Below are positions 38,799 through 53,700 of a stretch of 64,000 nucleotides of DNA, piece by piece. This DNA comes from Antedon mediterranea (taxonomy: Eukaryota > Animalia > Echinodermata), in the NCBI RefSeq assembly GCF_964355755.1, contig NC_092671.1, positions 38,946,304 to 39,010,303 on the forward strand, read 5' to 3'. Position 1 is the first letter of the stretch. Each line of letters starts with the position of its first letter. The position numbers were made by a program, and so were the translations under genes. Under the pieces are notes generated by a model. The model was not told the origin of the DNA, did not search any database, and saw nothing but the letters and a program-made list of their open reading frames with translations.

Positions 38799-41700
38799 AT
38801 GGCAGAGGCAGTAAGGCCCCGACGAAAAACTAAAAAAAAGGTATTTTTGCTAAAAATTAGTCTTTATGTTAGATATGGTGAATTAGCTATTTTCTTATTT
38901 ATTGTTTGTTATTTTAAGAAATAAGCATAAGCAACAAAATAAGCATCATCGGTGTATCTAGGCCTAGGCCTACTTTCCGAAGGATGAGAGGTCAGCTGAC
39001 TGTTCCGTGGTGATCGGCTGCTGCTTTTGGGATTTTCCCTCAACATATTGTGTAACACCACTGATGACAGCCTAGACCTAGAGCCTAGGTCACATGCATT
39101 GATTAATATATATTTGTATTGCTGGGTGTACGACTAGCCTAGCCTAAGCCGCCTAAGCTAGTTGATATCTTGTATAAGGTGTGAAATCAATGAATTATAA
39201 TTAATAAATAATTGACATTTCATATGGCCTAGCTAGGCTAGCTATAGATAGGCCTATCTAGTAGGACTATTAAGGGTATATATTTTGTGGAATGTGTCTT
39301 TGAGGAAATGCAGCCTTCCCTTGGCCTTCTGTACATGCCCAGATTTTGGTGTGCTATAGCCTAAAATCCGGATTTAAAATGGTTAATGATGATAGCGGTT
39401 GTTGAAATATTTTCAGTGTGTTCACATTTTATTTTGGACCGATTTCAATGCAACTGATTTCAGGGTGATTTGTCTTGTCACCCTAAAGCACTTACTGAAT
39501 GCGTGTCCTTTGGTTTGGACATGCTCAGTAGGACCAATGCATAATTGCTATCCAATCTACTTGTTTGTATACAAAAAATAATAAATTAATTCTTATATTT
39601 TTAATAATATATAATGTATGTTGCGATAAAATTCTGAATATTATTATAATTGATCTAGTGAAAATTGTTGGAAGAAACAAAGTGTTTAAATTCTCTTTTG
39701 CCTTCTTTTTTTAGAAAAAAGAAGTTGTTAAAGATGTCGAGGAGGAAGATAAACAAGAGAATCTTTCAGAAGAAGCTGACAACTTAGAAGAATTACAAGA
39801 AGGGACTAGCCAAACACCTGAGGGGGTTACACAATCAAATGAAGGAACTAGCCAAATACCTGAAGGAGCTACACATTCAAATAAAGATATCGGTAAAGAG
39901 GAACTAGATCATAAAAGAGATAAAGAGATTGCGGAGAATGAAAACGAAATGATTGAACCAGACAAATTGAAAGAAAATGTTGCTATCCCATCAGAAACAT
40001 TAAAAGTAGATAGCGTAGAAAATGTACCTGAAACAACTGCCACAGCTCCTCCTGTATCAATAGAGACTGATCTTGTAGTACTGGATGAGCTGGTGCCCTC
40101 TGCTCCACCAGTTAGCTTTGAGAAAGAGGTTACCCCAGAGACTGATAATAATACTGTACTGAGTACTACTAATTGTTTAGACATTAGAAATAGTGAGGAT
40201 GTTGAACATCCAGTAGAAGTCATCAGAGAACCTTCAGTTGAAATCTCACATCCAGTTGAAGAGATCTTGGATCCTTTACCAGAAGTTACAGATCCAGTTG
40301 TAATGGATCCTCCTGCAACAGTCTCAAATCCTACAGTTGAAAGTGTTAGAACATCCGAGCAGATTAGAGTTATTGCGCAAGAAAGGAATGACGAAGTGAG
40401 GGCATCCAGCCGGTTGTATCCTGCTCTGGTGAGGCAACGGAGCCTAACCATGATGCCATTCACTGATGACGAACTAACAAAGTATTATTTTAACCCCATG
40501 CTGCAGCATCACGATGTCTATGTTGACAGTTTTGTTAAGGTAAAGATTTTTTGTTTGTCATGTCTGTGAATAACCATTCATTTACTGTATAAGTGTTTTA
40601 AATAGTAAAGCGTGGTTCCCACTAGCGACGCAACGCAAGGACGTAACGCAACGCAAGTGAATTTACCAATCACAAGCGATGGCTTATTCGGTTTTGATTG
40701 CCAACTGTCTATAACTTCGCTTGTCATTGGTTAAAACGCTTGCGTTGCGTTTACGTCCTTGCGTTACGTTCTAGTGGGAACCAAGCTTAAGGCTGTAAGT
40801 CCTGGTGGTCCCAAAACAAAAAGAACTAGAAAGCCACTCCGAGAGTGCATACCTCCACCTACTGTAAAATTCTATTTCTCCCGTAAAAAAAAATATATAT
40901 ATATATTTGTGTGTGTCTTAATGCTGTTTGTGATTTTTTAATAATATTAATAATAATAATTTCACTGCAAGCATGTGCATGCGAGTTTGGTATAATGGTT
41001 ATGTAACAAGCCTTTCCATTAACAATAGCTTCAGTTGACTAACATTAACAATAGAACAGCAACGTGAAAATCAAACGATTGAATTTGAAAAGAAAATAGG
41101 TTTTTTAAACTACTGGCATCAAAATACGTGCACATTAAATCAAATTATGTTTTAAAATTACAAATCACAAATTATAACTCTTGCCTCTTGTACAAAAATG
41201 AAGTTTTTTGGACAAGTAGTTCTCGAGAAAATGCAATTTCAGTATACTTGTTACTTTAAGACTGCTCGCCGGCTTTTGAAAAATTCTGTCCTATCTTTTA
41301 ACACTAGCAGGTCTGAAAAGTATACTAAAAAGTGGTCCAGAATTGGGACAATGGTCCCAAAATTAAATGGAATGGTCCTTGACCACATATCTATCTGTAT
41401 ATTCATTTTGGTAAAGATCTTGTAATTACTTTTTGAGTAATCCTGCTAACAAACCAACAAACGAACACGCGCTACCGATTACACATACCTCCTTGACGGA
41501 GGTAAATAATTGCTGAATTTACTACAAATTTATTTGTGAAAGTTTCAATTTTGACGCTGCCCTAATCAATATCACCTATTGTGTTTATTATACTATCTAC
41601 CTTAAAAGCAATACATATTGAAAATATATAAAAAAACAAATAAATAAACAAAAATTGCTAAATGAAAACAGCCATAAGAGAAGTGATAAACTGTGGAAAA

Positions 41701-44700
41701 CACCATTTATTGAAATTCTTTAAATTTGTAATTAATAATAATAATAACAGGATTTTTATAGCGCACATACCACTCAAGAGTGCTCAATTGTACATTTTGT
41801 AATAATTTCTTTTATGTCAATGTATTGTATGTTGTCATGTTCTTTGTTTTTGCTTAAAGAGATTAATAATGACAATTTTATTGAAATCATATGACCATGT
41901 AAGGATCTTGCAGTACCAGCATTTTCAACAATTATATAGGAATTCAAAGGTTAAATTTCCTTTCACACTGACAAAATACAAAGTTCAAACAATTTTAATC
42001 TTCTGATTGTTTTCACAAAGATGTAAATAAACCCTACATAAACATTTAGCTTTACACTATATACATGCATAATAATAAATTTGGACTTTTAAGCGCATAA
42101 TCCCAATAGCCTCCATATGCTTCACATAACAATAAAAGTAATGCATGAAATAAGTAAAATAAAAAAGAGCAATTAAAAATGAGGGTGACAGGCCATAAAA
42201 TAAATAGATCACAACTGAATTTATATGGTTAAATCGAGGGTGAAAATATTTGTTGAAAAGATGAGTGTTTAAAACACTTAAATACATAAAGGCAATAACC
42301 ATTGTTTTTAACATATATAAACACTATTTAAAGCCCATATGGTTACTATTTGATAGTGATATTGTGAAATATTGGTAAATTATTACAAAACAAGTTTATT
42401 TTAGACAGTGACACATTTTTGTTTTAGACTTTTAGATCCTTGTTGTATTTTATTGTTTATTTTACAATTACTGTACAGCACACAGGAATTTGTATACATC
42501 TGATAATGATTACAGTAGTATTTAAAGTAATATAAATATTATTATTAAATATGATTATTATTGTCCTCAATAGCAAACTAATTTATTAAAGGGTCTTTCA
42601 CACCTTCTCCGGTACGGTTCCGGTCCGGCGACGGCAAATCCAATCAAACGTCAATGTTTTGTTTTTATGCGGCTACGCGCATATCAATTGGTGCTTGGCC
42701 GCGTGGAGCGTTGTGAAAACGAAACATTGGCGTTCGATTCGCCGGACCGGAACCGTGCCGGAACAGGTGTGAAAGGCCCTTTAGTCATATAACTCATCAT
42801 ACTGTCAAATTATAGAAGCAGTGCTCATATTCCGAACATGATCTTATATAATCGCATAGCTCATTGGCGAAAGACCGTAGTCATGAACTATATGAATTGT
42901 TATTAAACTTGTTGTTAAATTATAGAAACAGTGCTCATATTCCGAACATGATCTTATAATCGCATAGCTCATTGGCGAAAGACCGTAGTCATGAACTATA
43001 TGAATTGTTATTAAACTTCTTGTCTTCCATAGCAAACTAACGTATCTAGTCATGAACTATATGAATTGTTATTAAACTTCTTGTCTTTCATAGCAAACTA
43101 ACGTATCTAGTCATGAACTATATGAATTGTTGTTAAACTTCTTCAAATCAAGAACAAACCTTCTTGCTGTTGTTGCGGATATTGAAAGTGTCAGAAAGGA
43201 CTACAAGAAGTTTGTTGCTGAAATGTGGATAACGGAAGAAAAACACATTACTGCACAGGTAAATTATCTATAAATAAAAGACAAGGTAATACCTTTCAAT
43301 ATTAACATCGGCAAGGGTGCGAGCCTCACTCGCTCCATGGTTCTGGTGGTAGAACGAGAACGATAAACCATAGGTCCAGTGTACAAATCTAGCTCGTGTG
43401 CACTTTAAAGAACCTAGTATAGTACATCTTTCGAGATGAGTAGGGGGTTACCTCAGTGTACTAGTATACACACAGCCACTTTCACACACAGACACTTAAC
43501 ATAACTCATCAAGAGGGCCCCTTGATTGTCAGCATAAACTGTTTAGGGTCACCCTCTATAAATAAGGTGAAATAAATATTTAAAAAATCATGCTCTACAC
43601 ACATCTTGTTAAACCTCTTACCCATTAACCCACTTTCTATCTCCCAATACACCAATTACTTAATAATAATAATAATGTTTAACTTTTAAATTACAGGGTA
43701 AATGTGCAGATAGATTTAAAGTTTCCGAAACATTCTCGTATTCCACGGTAGAATTTAATCCTGCCAAGCTGCGCGAGGTAGAGAGGACGTTGAAACTGAT
43801 ACGTTCATTCGCTCACGACACACTCTCGCTGTGCCTGTACACCTCTCAACTATCTCAGCTGCAGATTGAGTCTTATTTGTATTTGTTGATTAAAAAGAAT
43901 CCAACGTTACAGAGTGTTACTAAATACTCTCCTGTTACAGGTTGGTTTGTTTGTTATTGTTTCTCTGCACACACACACACACATTTACAATGAAAAAAAA
44001 ACAGTTACACTAGTGAGAAAAAAAGGTGGAGAAGGAGGCCAAATAAAAAAAAAGTGTGCAGAAGGAGGCCAAAATAAGTTTGAAAACAAACTTTAAGTCA
44101 TGGCCACCAGATTCAAATAATAAATAAATAAAATATTAAAGGCAGGTAATACTGTAGTTGGTTGAATATTGTTAAATTTACTTTAAAAACGTCGACGTAA
44201 TAATTATCAAGTAATAATCAGCTCACATCTTTTAGTATCAACATCTTTTAGTATCATCACATTGCCTCATCGTATATCATCAATGTCATCATCGTCATTG
44301 TAATGCAATTGTCAACATTAAAAAAAAAATTATGTTATTGTTGTTTTTGAAAGCTCACCTGATTGGTCAAATGAGTTCGGAAGATCAACGACAGATTGAG
44401 CAACTTCGTCAATGTATATCCGTTTTATTTTCATTCCAACGACGACCTACTCAGGACAAGGTGTTCATTGACGTAACCAGAGGCTGGCTAAAGAGACTAG
44501 TGAGTCTACATTTACATTCCTTAAACTAGTTTGATGTGCCCAAATATGGTAGTGATATGCCCAAATATGGTAGTGATATGACATCATGTCTATATGGCCA
44601 CATCACATTTTTTTTGTCACATACAGTTTGATAGTGTCGACAGAGCTTTTAATACTCAACATAACAGTGTATTATATCTGGTAGTTTATTAGTTCACACC

Positions 44701-47700
44701 ACATTCAATATACAAATTGCATGTATTAAAGATAAGTAAAGTTTGGACCTCCAAAAAAACATATACTGTACTGTATAAAGCTCTGTCTACACTATAAACT
44801 TTATGTGACAAAAAAAATGTGATGTGCCCATATATGGACATGATGATGTCATATCACTACCATATTTGGAGAATATCACTACCATATTTGGGCACATCAT
44901 ACCTTTTTGTCAAACTAGTTTGATAGTGTAGACAGAGCTTTATATTTTGTTAAATTAATTTGATAAGTAAAATAGTTGATGATCAACTTTCCATTTGTGT
45001 TGGTAGGTTGCAATATTGCTACGACTTGCTAGCATACCTGACCATCTGTTCATATTAAATCATCTTCTACGATGTCCAGCTGGACTTGACCAGTGGGCAA
45101 CCAGTTTCCTACAAGTGCATCCACCACCCCAGGGATACATTAGTGAAAGAGGTGCAACATGGGGTAGCCCCATACTTGATCATTTTGTAGATATGTTAGA
45201 CTATCTCATGACACCTGTTAAGTAAGTATATTTTTTATTATTTAAAAAAATCATTATTATTATTTAATATCATATATATAATGGTACAAGAAACAATAAC
45301 ATACTTTTATGTAGAAAAGCATTATTTTACTGGCCCTCCCTAATAATGTTATAATGTTATATATATGTATATTATTATGTTCATAATCAGTGTACCATGT
45401 CCAATATAACTGGCTCAGCTTATATATTGTGCCAGTTCTGCGTTACATTTCATTTCAAAACCTGAGCTGCACTGATGAGATCTAATAAGATTGAATAAGT
45501 ACTGTCTGCAGATTGGATATTAATTATATTTAAAAAAAAATTGACCTCTATGTAATTCTATAATGCTTTATAAATTTGTTTTTCTGTGCAGACATCGTGA
45601 AGAGTTTTTATCACGGTTGAAAGTTGTATTTACGCCAGATACAAGCAAAGCAAATGAAACCAATCCATTTGCCTGGACCATTCTAGATGAAGACGGTGAA
45701 GAGGTGAGTAAATGGAACAATAAACAATGATGTTTGATCCTACACAAACATTTATACCAACACATATACTGTACAGTCAACTTTCCCAATATAAGACTCC
45801 CTGAACCGGAACCGGAAACTCTCCCAAAACCAGACTTTTCTTGACGTTCAAAATATTCCAAATTCAGTTTTACCATTAGAATCACATTCTGAATACTAGA
45901 CTTGTTGTAAAACCAGACATATTAGGCCAGCCCAAAGAGAGAGTTGACTGTATTACCATTGTACCATAGATGGTGTAGAATCATTTATTAATTTAATTTT
46001 TTTAGTCTGATACTTCTCAGAATATATTTATTTATGTTATGTATTATAGTATGTTCTCTCTCTATAGATATTTATCTGAAATTAAAGAATGAATGAATGA
46101 ATTACAAAACAGTTTTAATCATACCACCAGCAACAATGAAACCCTACAAAATCTGACCCCCTAATAATGTTTTAATTGTTTGCATTCGAATAAAGCACAG
46201 GAGATAATTTCTACTTTTTAATTAAAAAATTGTCCGTCCTTGCTTTAAGCCCTGTCTACACTATAACTAGTTTAACAAAAAAGTATGATGTGCCCAATTA
46301 TGGTAGTGATACGCCCAAATATGGTATTGCTATGACATCAGCATGTCCATATATGGGCACATCACATTTTTTGTCACAACTCTCTATGGCACACAAAGTT
46401 ACCTTCATCACATATCCAAATGAATCATGTCGTTGTTGTTTTAATTTAGGATGAAGATGCTGATAGTCACTGGTTGTTGCTGAATGAGAATGACTTGGTT
46501 GGTTTACTTGCTCAGTTTCCATTTGACAAATGTTTTAGGCATGTTCTTGTCATGGATAACACAGGTAAATTATTCAGAATAGTCGCAAACATACTTTGTC
46601 TCAAAGTTCAGCCAACGATAAAATATTCCTGAGGGAGTGGCCGAGCGGTTAAGACAATGGAACCATAATTACATAGGCATAACATCGGCAAGGGTTTGAT
46701 GCTCACTCACTTCATGGTTCTGTTGGAACGAGTCTTCTCGGATAGGTCTATAAACCATAGGTCCAGTGTACAAATCTAGCTCATGTGCACTTTAAAGAAC
46801 CTATTACATCTTTCGAGACAGGTAGGGGGTTACACACTGCCACTGATCATAACTGGGCCCTCTAGGAGACCAATCTTTGACTGAAGAGGTCGCCCAGTAA
46901 AAATACTAATAAAAATACTTCTACTACTAATTTAAAAAAAACATAAAACAACCATACTGACATTGAGAGTACTATATGAAACAATAAGGCTGTTTTACAT
47001 GTAACTAGACTTAGATTTTATATTATAACCAAAGGTTATATACATAACTAGAGAGTAACTTCCAATACAACCACATACAGCCTCAATTTGGTGGCTAGTC
47101 TCCTCATAAACCTTCATTTAAATATTTAAACGACTTTAATGTTACCTGCCTTCATTGTCTGTTTCTATTTCTGTCAGATGAGTATGCCATAGAGCGTGTT
47201 AGCAGCCAACACATAATGAAGTTGATATCATTTGCTACGTGTACTATTAACATATTGAAGAAGGGTCTGGCCACATTCAACAAATCAAGGTATAGGCAGT
47301 TTGTGAAAAGAATTGGCCGAATGATCAGGTATGTGTTTTAATTATGACTATGGAAGGCCATCCAGGCCAAAAATGTATGAAATATGCAACCTATATCCCT
47401 AAAAAATTAGCAGAGCAATGAACAACTGTTTTGTATTTTGTGAGAATTGCTGTAAAAAAAGATTAACATCTTTTTGTAGTATCATCTAAGAAAATAACTT
47501 TTTAATTAATTTAATTCCTTTTATTGTAGACATACTGTACAATACGTTTCGGATCATTGGTTGAACTACCGTGATTGGCGGCTGTCTTGCGGTGATACGG
47601 AGGACACAATTCCTTCTCTCGTTTCAATTGATGAGCAGTTCTCTTTGAAGCGTTTGCAGTTAGAACTTGATCAGTTTTATTACCGAGCCACATCAAGTAT

Positions 47701-50700
47701 TTTATCAGCTAAAAGGTACATTTGGGACAGTTTTACTTTGAATACTATAGATTGTAACATGGGATCAAGGATGTAGCCAATCAGACATGCTGAAATGAGT
47801 CATGTGTGCGCTCTTTATATTTTCACTATCATGCATGGGAGTGCAAAAAGTGTGCAACAAAAAAAAGCATGGCAGCATTCATTATAAAATAATAGTAACA
47901 CTGTATGTTATTATTTCAGACTGGGAACTTGGCAGTTTATGGCTGAAATGCCATATAACAGCATATCAATACTAATGATGTGGAAGTTACTATGGTTACT
48001 GCATAACAGTGGCACAGGTCTAAACAGTGAGCAAGCGGTTCTACATGGAGCAGGTATTGATGCCTACAAGTGGAGACTCTCTGGTGAGATCAACATAAAC
48101 TTGTACAGCTGTGCCCTCACAACAACATGTCTTCACTATCACACTTATGTGACAAAAAAATGTGATGTGCTCATATATGGACATGATGATGTCATATTAT
48201 TACCATATTTGGGCACATCATACTTTTTTTTGTCAAACTAGTTTGATATTGTAGACAGAACTTATATATACAGTGCTGTGATAAAAAATCCAAATACAGC
48301 ACTTGTAAAATGACTGAATTATTCTTTTGATGAATGAAGAAAGTAATTGTGTGTTGAAAAGCTTTAGGCTGTTGATATAAAGTTTGCGGTACACCACGTA
48401 TATTAGTTTTTCTCGACGTTTCGATCAATATGCTTTGAACATCTTCAGGCGTGAGAATTTTCACATGATAATAATGTTCTCCACTAAACACAGATAGGCA
48501 TCAATTAATATTTTTTATATGCACGCTCTCTGCTTGTCTTTTGTAGACCCTGGTAATCGTGGCGCATTTGATGACAAACTGGCTGAGATGTCTATGCAGG
48601 AGCTGATCTACCTCTTGTCCACGTTTAACAGTATGGCACGCAGTCGACCAGCTTCAGACGTTGTGTTTATTAACTTCATTACCACTGAGATCTTTGAGGT
48701 TTTTATTTATATTTTTATTTTGTAAAGCTCTGTCTACACTATCAAACTTTATGTGATGTGATGTTCCCATATATGGACATGTGATGATGTCATATCACTA
48801 CCATATTTGGTCACAACACACTAGTTTGATAGTGTAGACAGAGTTTTTCAAAGGTTTTATTACAGAATATGAATATGTAAGAGCAGATTCTTTCTAGTTA
48901 TAATCAAGGCAATCTAACAACAGTACACTAAGCTTGTCTTGCCAAGATGGGAACTCATAACAGTCCTTTGATCTTATGTCTGGCTGCGACAAATACCAAC
49001 AGTACTGCACTATGTACACATTCTCTGCGGCGAACGGTGTCTGTACTTGATGTGGAACTGATCGTGTCACAGCCACAGATAAACCCTTTGATCTCCGGAG
49101 CTCAGCATCATGTTGTTGGATTGCCTTGTTTTCGAATTCAATATTAGGATAAAGCAAAATTGTCTATCTCTTTTCAGCTTTCATATGTTAGGGATCATAC
49201 CAAGACATTTTGCTGTAAAATTGGACGAGAATTACTGTCTAGCCTGGCAACCACTCATCCATTTATTATGTCTTCATTGTTGTGTCAGGTAAAAGACGTT
49301 TTCCCGGCGATTGGCACGGTAACTATCACAAGCATGCTTCTAACATTTCCATGTTTTACGCAAGAAAAAAATTGCTCTATTAAAAAAATGTAAATATATT
49401 TCTAATAAATTGTTTTTAAATCCAAAGGCAAATTACTGAAAAATGACAATGATGTGGGTATCAATGGCTGGATCTCAATTGAGATACAAAATAAAATAAG
49501 CAAAAAGCTTAATCAAAACAATGAAGTATAACAGCCAGAAAATTTAGTAATAGTAATAATAAATAATTTCATTCAAAATCCAAAATTTAATTTCAAATTG
49601 TTTGATATATAAACATCGTTTTAAGAGCAATTTTTTTCTTGGACCCTGCTAGCAGAGTACCATTTGTGATAATTGTGTTTTATTGTTTTTTCCACATGAA
49701 GGTATTTAATGTTAGACTAGACCTGAAGGTAGAGTACTCTGTACTTTTACATTTTTTTTTCTTGTTGGTTTTTTTTGTATTAAACTCTGTCTACACTATC
49801 AAACTAGTTTGACAAAAAAAGTGTGATGTGCTCAAATATGGTAGTGATATACCCAAATATGGTAGTGATATACCCAAATATGGTAGTAATATGATATATC
49901 ATTATGTCCATTAAATGGGTACATCATATTTTTTTGTCACATAAAGTTTGATAGTGTAGAAAGAACTTAATGTAATGTGTAACTACAGTATTTTGTATTT
50001 GTGGTTTTACCCTAACATTCTTGTACTGTGTGTCCACACCTAAAAATATTTCCTCTTTGTTCTTTACAATAACCTACTAATTGTTAAAATTCTGTCAATT
50101 CCTCTGGGTATAGAATCTATGGTAGTACAGTAATTTATCTCTTTTGTGATGTCATATTGAATTTAGAAACATTTTTTATTACAGTCACCGCTAACAGATG
50201 AAGTTTTTAAAAATCAGGGTGGTTTTAACTTGTTTAAGGTAGTTTTCAAGCACGTTTTCAGATAGCACATATGTAACAAAAAGCATATAGGAGACATTTA
50301 AAAATTATTCACACAACTTAAAGTCATTCAAATTATTTGAAGGTTTAAATATATGGGTATCTTAGCATGAATTTTATTAACTAGGAATTGACTACCATGT
50401 ATTGTTTAATAAGTGAACTTTTTTCTTTTTTTTTGGTTTTTGGTGCTATTTCAAACATTTGTTCAATACATATTTTTCACCATTAGATCCACTTTTTCAA
50501 GCAATAGAAATATCATTTTACAATTTTTGGATGTCAGATGAAGCCATTTTTAGATTTATTGGGTGTTCTAATATTTTTAATAATATTTCATCTACAAGTT
50601 AATTTATTTTTAGCATTTTTGTCTCATTTTGTTGGAACGAGAGCAGCTTTTGGAATGTTGGCATTTGATCTTTATCAGCACATTCACAATTGTCATGTTT

Positions 50701-53700
50701 TATTGTCATTGTCATAACAAAGTGACATTACCAACATCATTGTCATCAATATTGTCATCATCTTTTACTTTTTTAAAACAAAGCTAAAATTCTAACAACT
50801 TTAGTGGATTGTTGTCTTGGGCTATGTAAAAAATAATTATTATGGATGAAATCATTAGTTCATTTAAAGTATATCAACAAATAAGTTTGTACTTTGTGGT
50901 TTTAGTATTGCTTGTATTATGTGGAATAAGTTCATTATTTAATTAATCTTAAATCAATAGATACAAACTAGTACAGTCTTTTTATTTAGATATATTTTTA
51001 TCAAAAGTTGGGTTTAATAAAGTTAGGAAAATATAAAAATAAATAAAATAAATAAATAATAAAATGTTTAAAAAAGTTGGGTTCTTTCTTTGTCAAATTA
51101 GTAGTGATGGATAAAAAAATACAGTAATTATAATAATATAATATAGATATGCATCCTTAACACTTTAGTTTTAACCTTTAACCTTTGATTTGTTTTTACA
51201 TATCTATATTTTTTTTCAGATGTCCATGTACCTGTTTAGAGAGCTTCCCTTGCATCTATGGCAACCAACATCAGATGACATGGTGCTGGTTCGTCATTGG
51301 TTGGTTGACTTTGCACCAAGCAGTGTGGAAAACCAATTGGCACGCTTGATTTTGAATCATTTAAATTGGGGTTACAATGATCAGGTAAACTAAATAATAT
51401 AGGCCTATATTATGATAATCTTGAGCTCTGTCTACACTATCAAACTAGTTTTATAATGTTGACAAAGCTTTACAATGTTTATAATTTATATGTCAGGATA
51501 ATCTTATTAATAAAGGAATAATTCACAAGGTTAGAGATCTGTGTACACTATCAAACTAGTTTGACAAAAAATAGTGTGATGTGCCTCAATTGTGGTAGTT
51601 AAGCCCAAATATAGTAGTGATATGACAAAGCTTAATAACTGAATAAATTTCTATAAAAATATCATAGAATTTCATGTGTCCTTGTAACACTGTCACCTGA
51701 ATAACTCTAAAATAATTAAATTTTTTAGAAAAATGCTCTTGCTTTGAACATCAAGTTGCATCGCGATGTTGCCATCCTTATTATTGATGCACACTGTAAA
51801 CACATTGCTACGACAGCAACTGACGGTCTTATAGCGGGAGGTATATTGAAGGTAAATAAATAGCTATGAAATTCCTATCATTTTTGTATTGAATATTGTT
51901 ATTATAATAATTATTATTTTGTGTTTAGTTTATTGTTTCACACAATATAAATTTTTAAAAAATATACAGAACATTTGATAAATTAATAAATATTTGAAAT
52001 TAATAAAAAAACATTTTTTACAATATTTTCTGACAATAACCATTTAAAATTAATACTTTGTTGTCAAGGTATCGCAGCTAGCTTCCAATATTCGTTCCAT
52101 GTTAACGACGGAGCAATCATTTGACGTGTGGGCGTGGGAAGTTCTCATGAAGCTTCACCTTCACGTTAACAATCAACCACGACAAGCTTTGCTGCCATCG
52201 GCAAGTGACACCGGTCCTCGTGACGGATTTGGAGATTATCCAGATATCCATTTGGATCCAGCTTTGTACGCCATTCAAAAGGGAGTAAAGAATAACACAC
52301 CAATAGCTTGTTATGTTGCTATAGCGATGACAAAGATAGGTCATGTGTAAGTTATATGAATATTAATTTCATCCTTTTTACGGTATATATTGTTTTGGAT
52401 GTGAATATTTATTGTTTTATAATTTTTTCGAATGATAGTTTGTAAAATAAAGTTTTTTCGTTTTAGGATAATACATTTATCGTTAAATTGAATTGCTTGT
52501 TCTTTTTGTTTTGTTAATATATTTTGGCAAATTGCCAAGGATAACCATAAGCGAATTCATTCACTATCCTTCTTAAAGGTGGCAATCCTCTTCACAAGAC
52601 AAACATATACACAAGATGCTCTACATAAACAACGTCTTATTACATATCTTTGGAAGTGGAGTTGTAAATTGTCATTAGAAAAAATCCTGACATGAGAGGA
52701 CTTGAACCCAGGACCCTTGGATTGGTAGCCAAGCGTCATAACCATCATCCATCCAGTCTGTGTCCATGTGACTTACATACAGTTTGATTATTTCTTTAGT
52801 GTTGAGGAGTTCATAACGCATGGTCTTAAGTACATGCAAGTGTTAATAGATGCCAGTGACCAAAAGATGTGTATTCCACTGCTGGAAATGGTGGTGAAGA
52901 CATTCCTTAAGGAGAATAAGCAGAGGTTCTTAGTTACTAATGATAAGTAAGAATTTCACCTAACTTTTTCTTTTTTTTAGCATATTAAAGCTTGGTTCCC
53001 ACTAGCGAAGCAACGTAAAAAATCTTGTTTTCCCCCGCCTGCGTGAAATCAACCTGCGATGTTTGCAGCACTGTTGCTTCGTCGGTTCCCACTTGTGATT
53101 ACGCAATACAGCACCTTGCTTCGATACGTCACTACGTTGCTTTCTAGTGGGAACCACACTTTAATGTATATTTGATGGACTATATTATCGAGATTATCTG
53201 GCATTGCCACTTTTTTCTGTTATGCCATTGAACCAGTTGTTTAACATCCTTCAGCTATATTTGAGAGCCCCTTGATTGTCAGCATATGCTGTTTAGGGTC
53301 ACCCTCACTAAATAAGGTTTAATAAAATAAATAAATAAAAATATATTGTCACTGTTGCAATGGATGTTAATCAATTTTATTACATAGCCTATGCAAATAT
53401 GTGAACACAATTGGTTGAAACTGCATCACATGACTACCGCTGCGAGGATCGTAAATCATATATATGTCCTCGAGTACAATGACTTCGTAATTTTCTTATT
53501 CACATTTTGTGTTTTGTTGTCAGGTTTCTTCAAATCATTCAGTCCATCTTGCACGCAGACGCCAACAATGCTAGAATCACTCAGAGGTTCTTTCACACTT
53601 CGTTTCCAGGAGAGACTACCAAATGTTTTTCCAGTATGATCATTGTAAGAGCTTTGTTTAATTTATTTGTTACTTACCAACATTAAGTTAAGTTTATTAA

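Noticed and set aside
39909-40463. 184-aa minus-strand ORF
   Set aside because: Antisense to EPG5 exon 2.
46630-46720. Possible tRNA genes (also 1055-1115, 22138-22200, 52696-52745)
   Set aside because: No complete cloverleaf; they are embedded in SINE or TIR repeats.
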